A stretch of 64,000 bases of DNA, from NCBI GenBank assembly GCA_963717505.1, contig OY970342.1:155674-219673 (forward strand), given 5' to 3'. Under the pieces are notes generated by a model. That model made no database searches. It was not told the origin of the DNA and saw only the letters and a program-made list of their open reading frames with translations. The DNA comes from Candidatus Eiseniibacteriota bacterium. Lineage in GTDB: Bacteria > Eisenbacteria > RBG-16-71-46. The position numbers and the translations under genes are program-made. Positions 27,558 through 37,232 of this stretch are shown one piece after another; positions within the stretch are counted from its first letter, which is position 1, and each line of letters starts with the position of its first letter.

Positions 27558-29528
27558 CTAGTGAAGCAGCGTCACACGCTGCGTCGCCGACCCGGATTCG
27601 GCACGTGCATGGATGAAGTACAGCCCACTCGGCAAGCGGTGGCTGTCAAACGTGACCTCATGGGAGCCCGAACCGAGCGGATCGTCCAGGAGCAGCGCCA
27701 CGCGGTGCCCCGAGACGTCGTACACGCCAATCGAGACGTGTTGTGGGCGGTCCAGCGACACGATGACTCGCCATGCCCCCACGCCGGGGTTCGCGGTCGC
27801 CAGCGCGAGAGAGAGCCGCGGCAGCGACGGCGGCAGGACCGACGTCACCCCGACCACAAACGAACCCTGACTCGGCGGGCTTCCGCTGAAGGCGTTGTCC
27901 ACGGCCCTTACGGTCCAGCCATAGTGGCCCGTCGGTAATCCGTGAATCGTCCACAGCGTGTTGCGGCTCACGTTGCCGGGCTGCGGGATGAGTCCCGCGA
28001 CCGCCTCCGCAGACCCGCTCAATCCGGGCCGCGGCGCCCCCCCGCCGGTGAGTTGCAGCTCGTAGCTGAGCGACGCGGCAGGAGTGCCATCGTCGTTCGA
28101 CGCGTTCCACGAGAGCATCACCGCGTCCGCTCCAACGCTTGCCTGGAGGTTGGTCGGGGCGCTGGGCGCCGCATTGTGGCCAGGAGCGTCATTGCGAAAC
28201 AGTTGCGCGCGAGACTCGATCAGGCCGTTCCCGCCGGGTACGTAGTATCCGCCGGCCACGAAGTAGTCGAGATCGCCGTCGCCGTCGATGTCGAACCAGG
28301 TGAAGGCGCCGCCCGTGTTGCCGAAGTTGGGCGCTGGAAGGGACTCGCCGGCCAGCGTGAAGACGCCGCCCTCATTCGCATAGACTTCCGAACGGCCGAC
28401 GATCTCACCATCCCCGAGTTGCTGGCCGGTGATGAGAAGATCGATGTCGCCATCCGAGTCGTAGTCCGCCCATGTCACGCCCTCGAAATCGAGCCACGGC
28501 TCCGTGGGGCTCTGGAACTCGTGGACGACATCCACCGGCGTCCACCCGCCCGGGTTCCTGAAAAGAATACGCACTACCGTCTCGCCCGTCTCGTCGGGGC
28601 GCACGAGATTGCCGCCCACGACGATGTCGAAGTCTCCGTCACCGTCGGCATCGCCCAGGTCGGCGGTACCGTATGAGATCACCGCCAGCGCGGAATCCAC
28701 ACGCGCCAGTGTCCCGGAGTCGTTCCGGTACAGGTCGACCGTGGGAGGCTCGAACTGGCCCATGGTGGCCAACATCAGGTCGAGGTCGCCGTCCCCGTCC
28801 ATATCGGCCCAGGCGGTGGCTGCGGTAGTGGCCACCGGCAGCGGCTGTCCCGTGTCCGTGAACGTCCACGCATCGCCGGTCGCCGGACCGTCGTTGCGCA
28901 ACACCATGGCCGGCAGTCCCTCGAATTCGCCCGACACGCATGGCAACATCAGGTCGAGATCGCCGTCGTTGTCCACGTCCGCCCAGGTCATGCTGCGCTG
29001 ATCCATGGTGAGGAAATCGGACTCCTCCTGGTACGCCGGGAGCACCGTGGACGTGCGCAAAAGCGTACCCGCGTCATTCCGATAGAGGGTCGTCGACCCC
29101 TCCCCGCCCACGACGGCGTCCGGATCGCCGTCGCCGTCATAGTCGCCCCACGCCAGGTCACCAGCGCCAAAGAACAGATCGGTGGCATCCACAGACACGG
29201 GTGTGAACGCCCACGAGCCCCCAGGCACCGGGCCGTCGTTGCGGTAGAGCGTCAGAAGGTGTTCCACGGACCCGAAGTAGACGACGTAGTACCCGGCGAC
29301 CAGGAGATCCAGATCGCCGTCCGCGTCCACATCCGCGGGTGCAACGCTGGCGATCCAGAAGTCGGTGTTCGGGCCGGTGTTGAACAGCGTGTCAGTGAGT
29401 GAGAGTTCGGTGAATTCGCCCTGGGCGCGCACGGGTCCCGGAGCGATGGCACTCGCGAGGAGCGCGAGCGCCGCGCAGACGGTGAGCCTGGCTGCGCGAG
29501 TGCGTGGTGGCGTAAATGTGGGGGCCAT
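27558..29528 (-). CDS. secreted FG-GAP/VCBS-repeat protein with fn3-like module and FlgD-Ig/T9SS-type C-terminal domain
   Basis: Signal peptide. Repeated D.D.DGD.D(L/I) Ca-binding loops (DVDADGDLDLLVAGYY, DYDGDGDPDAVVGG, DVDNDGDLDLML, DMDGDGDLDLML, DADGDGDFDIVVGG, DYDSDGDIDLLITG, DIDGDGDLDYFVAGG). C-terminal HVSIGVYDVSGHRVALLLDD...GLYFIHARAESG..RVTLLH. Confidence 0.8.
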   Translation of the reverse strand: MAPTFTPPRTRAARLTVCAALALLASAIAPGPVRAQGEFTELSLTDTLFNTGPNTDFWIASVAPADVDADGDLDLLVAGYYVVYFGSVEHLLTLYRNDGPVPGGSWAFTPVSVDATDLFFGAGDLAWGDYDGDGDPDAVVGGEGSTTLYRNDAGTLLRTSTVLPAYQEESDFLTMDQRSMTWADVDNDGDLDLMLPCVSGEFEGLPAMVLRNDGPATGDAWTFTDTGQPLPVATTAATAWADMDGDGDLDLMLATMGQFEPPTVDLYRNDSGTLARVDSALAVISYGTADLGDADGDGDFDIVVGGNLVRPDETGETVVRILFRNPGGWTPVDVVHEFQSPTEPWLDFEGVTWADYDSDGDIDLLITGQQLGDGEIVGRSEVYANEGGVFTLAGESLPAPNFGNTGGAFTWFDIDGDGDLDYFVAGGYYVPGGNGLIESRAQLFRNDAPGHNAAPSAPTNLQASVGADAVMLSWNASNDDGTPAASLSYELQLTGGGAPRPGLSGSAEAVAGLIPQPGNVSRNTLWTIHGLPTGHYGWTVRAVDNAFSGSPPSQGSFVVGVTSVLPPSLPRLSLALATANPGVGAWRVIVSLDRPQHVSIGVYDVSGHRVALLLDDPLGSGSHEVTFDSHRLPSGLYFIHARAESGSATQRVTLLH

Positions 29529-29609
29529 GGTCCCTGCCTTTCTCGGCCATGTAGGGAGAATCTGAGACGAATGGCTGACAAGCTGGCAGCGGCGGGGTCG
29601 GGTGCGTAA

Positions 29610-31028
29610 CTAGCGAATCAGCGTCACTGTCCTCGATCCCACGCGGGATCCGGACTCGAGCCGGACCACGTAGATGCCCGAAGGCATTACTCTGCCCTGG
29701 GAGTCTCGGCCGTTCCAGGTGAGAGTGTGGGGGCCCGCCGCGAACTTCTGGTCGGAAAGGACATTCAAGCGCCGGCCGGTCAGGTCATAGATTCCGATCT
29801 TGACCCGTCCCTCGAGCTTGAGCGCAAACGAGAGAGTCGTCAGCGAATTCGACGGGTTGGGATGGACACCGGTGAGCATCGTCTGGCCGTCGACGGCACC
29901 CGGGTCCACCGACGCCGTTCCGTCGTCCACCGTCCACATCAATGCATGATCCAGATTGTCCCCGGCGACAGTGCCGGTGCCGATGATCTGACCACGATTG
30001 TTGATTCCCTTCGCGACACTGTAGTGGCCCCCCGGCCAAACGCCGAGGTCGATTGCCTCGCCGTTGCGCCAGAGGATCGCATGCGCGTCGATGTTCGGGG
30101 AGCCGGCGTATCCTGCTACGTCGCCGCGATTATTCACCGCGGTTGGCGTCGCGGAGAAGAATCCGGAAGGCATCGGCAGCTGATTGATCGTCGGCGTGCT
30201 GTTGGGGTTTGAAATGTCATATCCCCAGGTGACCGGATAGATGTTGCTCTTCCCGGCAATCAAACCCGTATTGCTGATCGCGTAGGCTTCGCTTACGACC
30301 TGACCGCTCAGCCCACCGAGGCCGATCATCTGACCATTGCGCCAGAGGAACCCGCGAATCAGCGAGCCGACCGCGCCGTTGCCGACCACGTGGCTCAAAT
30401 CGTTGATGCCGTAGGCTTCGCTGTAGTTCAAAGGAGTGCCTTGACCCAAGAAACCTAGATCAATGGCCTCTGTGTCCTTGTTGGGCCACAGAACGGCGTG
30501 CGTGTAGTAGTTCGGTGCGCCCTCCTTACCCGTACCCACGAGCTGGCCCAGATTGTTGATGCCGTGAGCCCTGGTGTGAAGGCCTCCGTAGAAGGGGTCA
30601 ACGCCCGCCATCGCGGGTAGTTCGAAGGCGTCCCCGGCGGAATTCCAGTAGACGCCTTGGTACACATTGTCACCATAAACCTCGCTGCCAGCCATTTCTC
30701 TGCTGTCATTGATGTGCTCCGGGATCGCAGTGCTGGCGGGACTCATGTTCTCCGCCATACCCACGATGGCTCCGGAGTTTGCGTTCCAAAATGGTCGCAG
30801 CAGGGCGAAGGTATTGTCGTTCGCCAAACCAACGGCGATCGGCTCGTTGTTGATCGCCAATCCGCTTGACCCGGTCCCTTGGGGAAGCAGTCCGAGGTCG
30901 GTAATGATGATCCGTGACCCGCCGGGGGAATACTGGATCGACTTCTCCGCCTCGGCGCTGGAGATCGACAGGGTGCTTGCGACGGCCGTGACGACGATGA
31001 CGTTCTTGACCCAGCGCGGGGATGGCAT
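29610..31028 (-). CDS. secreted HAF-family extracellular-repeat protein with FlgD-Ig/T9SS-type C-terminal domain
   Basis: ATG after GGAGGT; signal peptide. Repeats of the form HA(V/I)LW..G..IDLG....S.A.GIN..G.(V/I)(V/I)G. C-terminal VKIGIYDLTGRRLNVLSD...GIYVVRLESGSRVGSRTVTLIR. Confidence 0.75.
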   Translation of the reverse strand: MPSPRWVKNVIVVTAVASTLSISSAEAEKSIQYSPGGSRIIITDLGLLPQGTGSSGLAINNEPIAVGLANDNTFALLRPFWNANSGAIVGMAENMSPASTAIPEHINDSREMAGSEVYGDNVYQGVYWNSAGDAFELPAMAGVDPFYGGLHTRAHGINNLGQLVGTGKEGAPNYYTHAVLWPNKDTEAIDLGFLGQGTPLNYSEAYGINDLSHVVGNGAVGSLIRGFLWRNGQMIGLGGLSGQVVSEAYAISNTGLIAGKSNIYPVTWGYDISNPNSTPTINQLPMPSGFFSATPTAVNNRGDVAGYAGSPNIDAHAILWRNGEAIDLGVWPGGHYSVAKGINNRGQIIGTGTVAGDNLDHALMWTVDDGTASVDPGAVDGQTMLTGVHPNPSNSLTTLSFALKLEGRVKIGIYDLTGRRLNVLSDQKFAAGPHTLTWNGRDSQGRVMPSGIYVVRLESGSRVGSRTVTLIR

Positions 31029-31483
31029 CGCGATACCTCCATTTCCAGGGTAAATGCCTGGTCGCCAGGTGTCGGCGAATCCGTCGGCATCTGGAGGGGT
31101 CGTTGCCCGTCACGTTTCTGGCGGGAGACCAGAATACAACTTTGGCAGCGGTGTCCAGCCAACAAATCATCGAGCAACCTGTGTGCCCGACCGCATGCGC
31201 GACATGCCTTGGGGCAAGTCCTTTCATCGCATGACGGGGAACCGCGGCTCGGCGTCTCGTGAACCGCGGTGAGTCGGCCGGCCGCTGTCAACTTGGCAGC
31301 CGAATCGGAAATCCTGTCAGGGCCGCCCTGATCGCGGCCCTCATGCCGCGGCGCAAGTAGGGGCACCACTGAACGTCTCCCGACAATGAGAGGATCGCCA
31401 TTGCCACGGGGCGATCGCGCCGATACCTTCAAGGCAGCGAGTCGGCTCCTTCCGGTTCGCCCGCGGAGGATCGAGGAGGTGCC

Positions 31484-31762
31484 ATGAGCGTTGGGTCTGT
31501 GTCCGTCGCTCCGGCGGTGTCGCCGGCATCCACGAACGATCGCCCCGCTCATCCTTCACGCACGCGCGCCTGCATCGCGCTCGGGCTGCTCATCGCGCTC
31601 GTGCTTCAGGCCGGCGTTGCACTGATGACGCCGCGCGATCGCTGGACCGAGGATCGGGCGAGCATGAAGGCGCTGCGGCATGGCGCGGCCACGGTGAGCG
31701 TACCCGGGCAGGTCGCCAAGCCGGGCGTCAATGCAAAGGGCGAGATCGACCCGAATTGCTGA
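31484..31762 (+). CDS. hypothetical small membrane protein (92 aa)
   Basis: ATG preceded by GAGGAGGTGCC; one TM helix ACIALGLLIALVLQAGVALM. Its stop TGA (31760-62) overlaps the TTG start of the next gene. No family recognised. Confidence 0.4.
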   Translation: MSVGSVSVAPAVSPASTNDRPAHPSRTRACIALGLLIALVLQAGVALMTPRDRWTEDRASMKALRHGAATVSVPGQVAKPGVNAKGEIDPNC

Positions 31763-32703
31763 CGACGCCGCCGCGGCCAGGGGGTGATCGTGCACCGTCA
31801 GCTCAACGCGTGACCCACCGCTGCCAGCACGGGACGCGCCGGTCGAGATGGGGATCGAGCGGGCTGCTCCTTCTCGCCGCACTTGCGTCAGGCTGTGGCG
31901 TCGCTGTCCCGCTCGAGATCCAGCCGTTCAGGATCGAGTCGAGCGACTGGTACCCCGCATGGTCTCCGGATGGTACGCACATTGCCTACCTCCACTACGC
32001 GTCCGAGTCGTATCAAGGCGTCTGGCTCGTGGACAGCGCGGGCGCCGCGCCCCACCAGATCGTGCCGGGCGCCTGGCAGAGCCTCGATTGGTCGCCCGAT
32101 GGGACGCATCTCGCGCTTGGCGGGAACGGCATCTATTCCGTCAACGTGAACGGCGGTCCGCCCCAGGCGATCACGACGTTCGGTTTGTTGCCGCGCTGGT
32201 CGCCCACCGGCAACGAGCTTGCCTTTCAGAGTTACGACACGAGCGGCGTCGGAAGCATCGGGCTCGTGTCGCAGGACGGCAGCGCGCTGCGAGCGCTCGC
32301 GCCACCAGACACCGAGAGCTGGAGCGAGCCTGACTGGTCTCCGGACGGCACGCACCTCGTCCACGTTCGCAGGCTGCCGCGCGACGGCCAGTCGGATCTC
32401 TTCGTGATGGACACGACCGGCCATGCCGCGGTGCGACTCACAACGGACGGCAACGAAGACCGCGGGCCCGTGTGGTCGCCGGACGGACAGTGGATCGCCT
32501 GGAGCATCGGGACGTTCCCGCCCTCGAACGAACTCTGGCTCATGAAGCCCGACGGCACGGGAGCCCACATGTTGGCCTACGGCGGGGATCCGTCATGGTC
32601 GCCGGACTCGCGTCAGCTCGTATACAGCGTGCTCCAGTTCAATATCGTCCGGCTCTTCGCGATCGACATCACGACATCGCGAGTCAGGCAGATCACGCGA
32701 TAG
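31756..32703 (+). CDS. TolB-like WD40/PD40 beta-propeller repeat lipoprotein
   Basis: Lipobox LAALASGC. At least five PD40 repeats (WSPDGTHIAY, WSPDGTHLAL, WSPTGNELAF, WSPDGTHLVH, WSPDGQWIAW, WSPDSRQLVY). TTG start is supported only by overlap with the upstream ORF. Confidence 0.8.
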   Translation: MLTTPPRPGGDRAPSAQRVTHRCQHGTRRSRWGSSGLLLLAALASGCGVAVPLEIQPFRIESSDWYPAWSPDGTHIAYLHYASESYQGVWLVDSAGAAPHQIVPGAWQSLDWSPDGTHLALGGNGIYSVNVNGGPPQAITTFGLLPRWSPTGNELAFQSYDTSGVGSIGLVSQDGSALRALAPPDTESWSEPDWSPDGTHLVHVRRLPRDGQSDLFVMDTTGHAAVRLTTDGNEDRGPVWSPDGQWIAWSIGTFPPSNELWLMKPDGTGAHMLAYGGDPSWSPDSRQLVYSVLQFNIVRLFAIDITTSRVRQITR

Positions 32704-32802
32704 GCCGCCGCCGCGTCTTTAGCTCGAGATTGAAGGTTCGATTCCTTCGCGGCGTACCACTCTCCTCGCCCAACTGAGTCGCGATCCGGCCTGGTGTGCG
32801 GG

Positions 32803-33783
32803 CTACCTCCCCTGCTCTTCGCCCGGATGAACGGTGTCTGCGGGCGCCCAGAATCGACTGAACTTGGCCCACCAAGCCCCAACGACTTCAGGCGCGGGAA
32901 TGCCAGGCTTGTCGTAGAAGGTGATGTATTCGCCACCCGTTCGGGCCAGAATCCGCTCGTCTTGTGTCGAATACATCAAGGCTTCCTGGACTCGTTCGCG
33001 CACGAACGGATTCGGGTCCGCGATCCGATCGACGAGTACCGGCACGACCCCGGGGCCCATTCTTCCCAGTCTCTCGGAAGCGTCCCAGAAGACGATCTCG
33101 ACTTCGGAACAGCCACCGATCGAGTAGAAGGATGTGTCGGGGAGTTTTGCGACGTAGTGCGCCAGCGTATCGGGGTCGATCTGCAGCTCGCTCGGACTGA
33201 ATGCAACCAAAATTGGTGTCGGCTTAGGTATCCCGACGGCCATGACGCTTTCGGCCCATGCCTGCCCTCGCGCCATCTCCGCCCGCTGCGCGACGCCTCC
33301 GGGCCGATCGACCCAGCGTGAGAACTCCAGAGTGCCCTGATGGGTTTCGAGGCTGTCACGCAAGACTCGTTGCCGAAGCATGGAGGCCGCCTGGTCCGCA
33401 AAGCGCGCCGCCCGCTTCCTGCCGGGAGAACCCGAACGCATGCCGACCACCCACACGTCCGGGTAATGCCCGGTCGCGGCCGACGCTTCCCGATACATGC
33501 GCCCGAGCTGCGGAGGCGCGAACGTGTCGTGCTGAGGAACGTCGGGGTGCCGAAAGGGGATTACCTCGATCGCTTTTGGCAGTCTCGAGCGAAGGAAATC
33601 AAAGAGCTCTTGATCGAACAGAACGAGCACGGCCGTGCTGTCCGGAATACTGGTCGACGCGATCCTCGCGGCCAGGACGCGCCATGGCTCCTGGCGCGCA
33701 TGGCTGCAGGAGAGCATTCCGACGCAGGCCGAGAGCAAAAGAAAGGCAGCGAGTGCTCGGGCCTGTGGCATGGTCGCGCTCAT
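32803..33783 (-). CDS. hypothetical lipoprotein
   Basis: ORF 32803..33846; ATG 33783 or 33771 (MPQARALAAFLLLSACVGMLSC, lipobox-like). C-terminal HEAT-like stretch VLVDRIADPNPFVRERVQEAL. No family recognised. Confidence 0.5.
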   Translation of the reverse strand: MSATMPQARALAAFLLLSACVGMLSCSHARQEPWRVLAARIASTSIPDSTAVLVLFDQELFDFLRSRLPKAIEVIPFRHPDVPQHDTFAPPQLGRMYREASAATGHYPDVWVVGMRSGSPGRKRAARFADQAASMLRQRVLRDSLETHQGTLEFSRWVDRPGGVAQRAEMARGQAWAESVMAVGIPKPTPILVAFSPSELQIDPDTLAHYVAKLPDTSFYSIGGCSEVEIVFWDASERLGRMGPGVVPVLVDRIADPNPFVRERVQEALMYSTQDERILARTGGEYITFYDKPGIPAPEVVGAWWAKFSRFWAPADTVHPGEEQGR

Positions 33784-33870
33784 CCCACTGGTTTTCGGCA
33801 TCGGCCCGACGGTTTGCCAGCGGAGGCCAGGCGCCGACCCTACCACCGGGGAGACCGGCGGACTCTCGAC

Positions 33871-34560
33871 CTACAGCGCCCGCGCCCACTCCATCAGCAG
33901 ATCCCGCTGCGTGAGATCGTCGAGCATCAGATCGGGACCAAGGGCTTCCAGCTCTTCGCGACGCCGGGAACCCGTCGCCACCGCCACGACATGCGCGCCT
34001 GCGGCCCGCGCGCAGGCGATGTCGTGCTCGGTGTCGCCGACCACGACGCAGCGCGACGGCGACACGCCGTAGTCCCGCTCGAGACGCTCGACCGCCAGAC
34101 AGGCGAGCGCATTGCGGTCGTGGGCTTCCTCCCCGTAGTTCCCGAAGCGAAAGCGATCAGCAATCGCGAAGTGCTCGAGCTTGATGCGCGCCATGCCAGT
34201 CATGTTGCCGGTGAGCAGGCCCATCACCCAGCCCGGCTCGCGCTCGATCGCGTCGAGCACCTCGGGGACTCCGGCAAGCAGCCGGCCTCGCCCAGGAACG
34301 AGCCGAGCCCGCATGTGCACGAACACCGACTCCCAGAAGCGCTCCTCTTCGCCATTCGCGAACTTCTGGCCGTGCTTCTTCAGGATGTCGGCGAGGATCA
34401 GCGGCTCGGTTCGGCCGGCGAAGGCGATGTCGCGCAGATCGTCGGCGGTGCCGAACTGATCGGCAACGGCGGCGGCGAATGCCTCTCGCGCCGCACCTTC
34501 GGTGAGCAGCAGCGTGCCATCGACGTCGAGCAGCCAGGCGAGCCTGGCGGGGGTCGTCAC
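33871..34560 (-). CDS. HAD-superfamily hydrolase (phosphoglycolate-phosphatase-like)
   Basis: GTG 34560, 11 nt after the upstream stop. DxDxT motif LLDVDGTLL; LLTGN; VVVGDTEHD. The rest of ORF 33871..35040 overlaps the upstream gene and is rejected. Confidence 0.8.
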   Translation of the reverse strand: MTTPARLAWLLDVDGTLLLTEGAAREAFAAAVADQFGTADDLRDIAFAGRTEPLILADILKKHGQKFANGEEERFWESVFVHMRARLVPGRGRLLAGVPEVLDAIEREPGWVMGLLTGNMTGMARIKLEHFAIADRFRFGNYGEEAHDRNALACLAVERLERDYGVSPSRCVVVGDTEHDIACARAAGAHVVAVATGSRRREELEALGPDLMLDDLTQRDLLMEWARAL

Positions 34561-34570
34561 TCGCGGGCTC

Positions 34571-35692
34571 TCACGGGCCCGCCGTCGCGCCGCCGCGGAA
34601 ACGCACGATCTGATCCTTGAGGTACTGGTTCTTGGGATCGAGGCGCGCCGCGCGCGTTTCGACCTCGATCGCCTTGGCGGAATCGCCTGAACGAAAGTAG
34701 ACCTCGGCGAGCGTGTCGAGGATGTCCACGTTCTTGGGCTCGAGGGCGACGCCGCGCTCGGCCGCGAGTCGTGCCTGGTCGAGGAAGATCCCGCGCGTCG
34801 CGCACGACCAGGCGAGTCCGTTGAGCAACGATGCGTCCTTTTCGCGCCGGGCCAGCGCCCGGTCGAGTGTCTCGCGTACCCGATCGCGCTCGACCGCCGC
34901 GAGATCTTCACGGCCGGCTCGGTCGTACTGCTCGGCGTATTCGAGGTGAGCCGCCGCGCCGTGGAAGCCTTCGTGGATCTGCCACACGCGCCGGATCTCC
35001 TTGATCGCGTTCGGATGATCTTCGACGCGCAAATCCACATAGCGATGGGCGTGCTCCGGACGACCGCCGGGACGCACGACGATCAGGGCCGCCGACTGCA
35101 TGCCGCGCTTGTCGCCACCGGCGGCCTGACCCGCCTCGAGCGACGCGATCAGACGCTCGGCCAACTCACCCTTCGACTCCAGGAAGCCGCGGGCCATGCC
35201 TGAGGCCACCGCGGGACCCGCGAGGATGTTCCCTTGCACCGCGAATCCGGGCCCGGTTTCGCCGCCCGCCCAGTCCATGCATTTGGGTCCGGTCCAGTTG
35301 GCCGCGCGACCGCGGGCATCGACCACCGCCACCTGACGCGACTGCCATCCCGCCGAGTCGTTGGCGGCCAACGCGCGCAGAACATGGTCCGCCGACATCC
35401 CGCTTCGGAGCATCGCCAGAGCCTGCGGCCCGAAGGACGGGTTGACCGACGCCTGGGTTGCGACGGCGCCTACGCCTGCCTCGGCCCACGGGACCACGAG
35501 GCCGACGCTGAAGTACTTGGATTGGACCGCGACGCCCAACTCTTGAGTCACCGAGTCGTACGCCACGATCGAAAAAGTGGAGGGATCGTTACGCGCCGAC
35601 GCGGTCGCGCACAGGGCCGCAAGCAGCACCGCAGACAGAAGCCCGGTGAGCGACAGCATACGACGTTGGCTCGAATGTTTCGCGAGGCTCAT
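34571..35692 (-). CDS. DUF1028 (Ntn-hydrolase-like) protein with C-terminal TPR region, secreted
   Basis: ATG 35692; signal peptide. Mature start ...TFSIVAYDSVTQELGVAVQSKYFSVGLVVPWAEAGVGAVATQA...QGNILAGPAV is typical of DUF1028. TPR-like helices at the C-terminus. Confidence 0.8.
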   Translation of the reverse strand: MSLAKHSSQRRMLSLTGLLSAVLLAALCATASARNDPSTFSIVAYDSVTQELGVAVQSKYFSVGLVVPWAEAGVGAVATQASVNPSFGPQALAMLRSGMSADHVLRALAANDSAGWQSRQVAVVDARGRAANWTGPKCMDWAGGETGPGFAVQGNILAGPAVASGMARGFLESKGELAERLIASLEAGQAAGGDKRGMQSAALIVVRPGGRPEHAHRYVDLRVEDHPNAIKEIRRVWQIHEGFHGAAAHLEYAEQYDRAGREDLAAVERDRVRETLDRALARREKDASLLNGLAWSCATRGIFLDQARLAAERGVALEPKNVDILDTLAEVYFRSGDSAKAIEVETRAARLDPKNQYLKDQIVRFRGGATAGP

Positions 35693-35847
35693 GGGTTTGC
35701 TCCTGAAGCGATGGGCGTCCGTCGTGGTCGAGGGCGCCATGCTAGCATGGTGCTTCGCTCTGGTTCGTCCTTGCGAGGATCCCTGTGGATTTCGAGCCCC
35801 GTTCTCTTTCGTCACCTCGACTTCGGCCACCGGTAGTTGCGTTCCTC

Positions 35848-37053
35848 ATGGCATGGATCGCGCTGCTGGCCATTGCCGCGTGCGCGGGAACAACCAGCGG
35901 CAAGGACGCACCCAAGACGCAACCGGCGCCGAGCACGAACAAAACTGCGCCCCCGCGCGTCGGGATTCCTGACCCTGCCCGGCTCACGATCGCCGAGTCC
36001 GAGATCCCGACCGACGCCGAGTTCAATTGGTCGGTCACGCTCGAGATCGTGAACGCCGGCGACTCGGGCCTCTACCTGGACAGTTTGTTCTGTCTGGTCG
36101 AGGACCTCGATCCGGGCGAGACGCGCATGCCGCGCAACCACACGCTCGACCTGCGATCACTGACCAAGCTGACGCCGTCACTGTCGGCCGGTGACGGCAA
36201 CGTCATCCAGCACACCGGCCCCGCGACCGCCGAGCACGCCAAGCTGACCTACACGATGCACTGTCATCGCTCGGTCGGTGCTCCGTTCACCTTGACCGTG
36301 GGCGTCGAAGCCAAGCCGGCTGGCTCGGCGGCCTATCCTTCGAAGCTCCTGGACGTCGACGGCCGCAAAGTCGAGTGCGTGCTGGTGCAGGCGCTGCGCG
36401 ACACCGGGCGCGGTCCCGGCATCCTCATGATCCACGGTCATGGGACGCACGCGCGGCACAGCATCCGGAGCGCGCGGCTGTTCGCGATTCGCGGCTACTC
36501 GGTGATGCTGGTGAGCATGCCGGGATACGGCCAGTCGACCGGCCCCGCCGACTTCATGGGCCCGGCCACAGTGGCCGCAGCGGAGGCCGCGCTCGTTGAG
36601 TTCCGAAACTCGAGCAGCGTCGATCCCAAGCGCATCGTGGTCTGGGGGATCTCGCGGGGCGCCACCGTCGCCGCCGAGATGGCCGAGCGGGGCGGTGGCT
36701 TGCGCGGAGCAATCCTCCAATCCGGGATCTACGACCTGTGGGCGACCTATCGCGCAACCAAGCTCCCGGGATTCCGCGAGGCGATCGTGGCCGAGGCCGG
36801 CGCCGACAGCGCCGCGTGGCGCGCTCGCTCACCCTTGCTACGGGCCAATCAGTTGAAGATGCCCATGCTGGTCCTCCACGGCGAGCGCGACGAAAACGTC
36901 CCGATTGCCCAGGCCCGCGCCATGGCCAGCGCCGTGCGCGCGGCCGGCGCCCCGGTCGATACCGTGTTCGCGCCCAAGTCCGCCCACGCCCTGGCCATCA
37001 ACGACGTGAACCGGGCTGCGTTCGACTTCTTCGGTCGCGCTCTGGCGCCCTAG
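35848..37053 (+). CDS. alpha/beta hydrolase, prolyl-oligopeptidase (S9)/dienelactone-hydrolase-like lipoprotein
   Basis: ATG 35848 (MAWIALLAIAACAG lipobox). Nucleophile elbow VWGISRGA; later PMLVLHGERDENVP and KSAHAL (Ser-Asp-His order). Confidence 0.8.
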   Translation: MAWIALLAIAACAGTTSGKDAPKTQPAPSTNKTAPPRVGIPDPARLTIAESEIPTDAEFNWSVTLEIVNAGDSGLYLDSLFCLVEDLDPGETRMPRNHTLDLRSLTKLTPSLSAGDGNVIQHTGPATAEHAKLTYTMHCHRSVGAPFTLTVGVEAKPAGSAAYPSKLLDVDGRKVECVLVQALRDTGRGPGILMIHGHGTHARHSIRSARLFAIRGYSVMLVSMPGYGQSTGPADFMGPATVAAAEAALVEFRNSSSVDPKRIVVWGISRGATVAAEMAERGGGLRGAILQSGIYDLWATYRATKLPGFREAIVAEAGADSAAWRARSPLLRANQLKMPMLVLHGERDENVPIAQARAMASAVRAAGAPVDTVFAPKSAHALAINDVNRAAFDFFGRALAP

Positions 37054-37232
37054 GGGAACCCGTGCAGAATGCCGCGACCGTCGCTGGGTCGCGGGGCGCC
37101 AGACCTCGACCACAGGCATCCTGGCCTGTCCGGGGTCGGCCTACGTGATAGACTTTCCCGGCGATGCACCCCCAGATTTCGCACCTCAGCCGATCGCGCC
37201 CCCTCCCTTCAGGCACCCGATCCCGGAACCGC

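Noticed and set aside
31142-31310. Sigma-54-like TTGGCAG elements in the 31.0-31.5 kb intergenic region
   Set aside because: Neither copy has a TTGC(A/T) -12 element at the required spacing.
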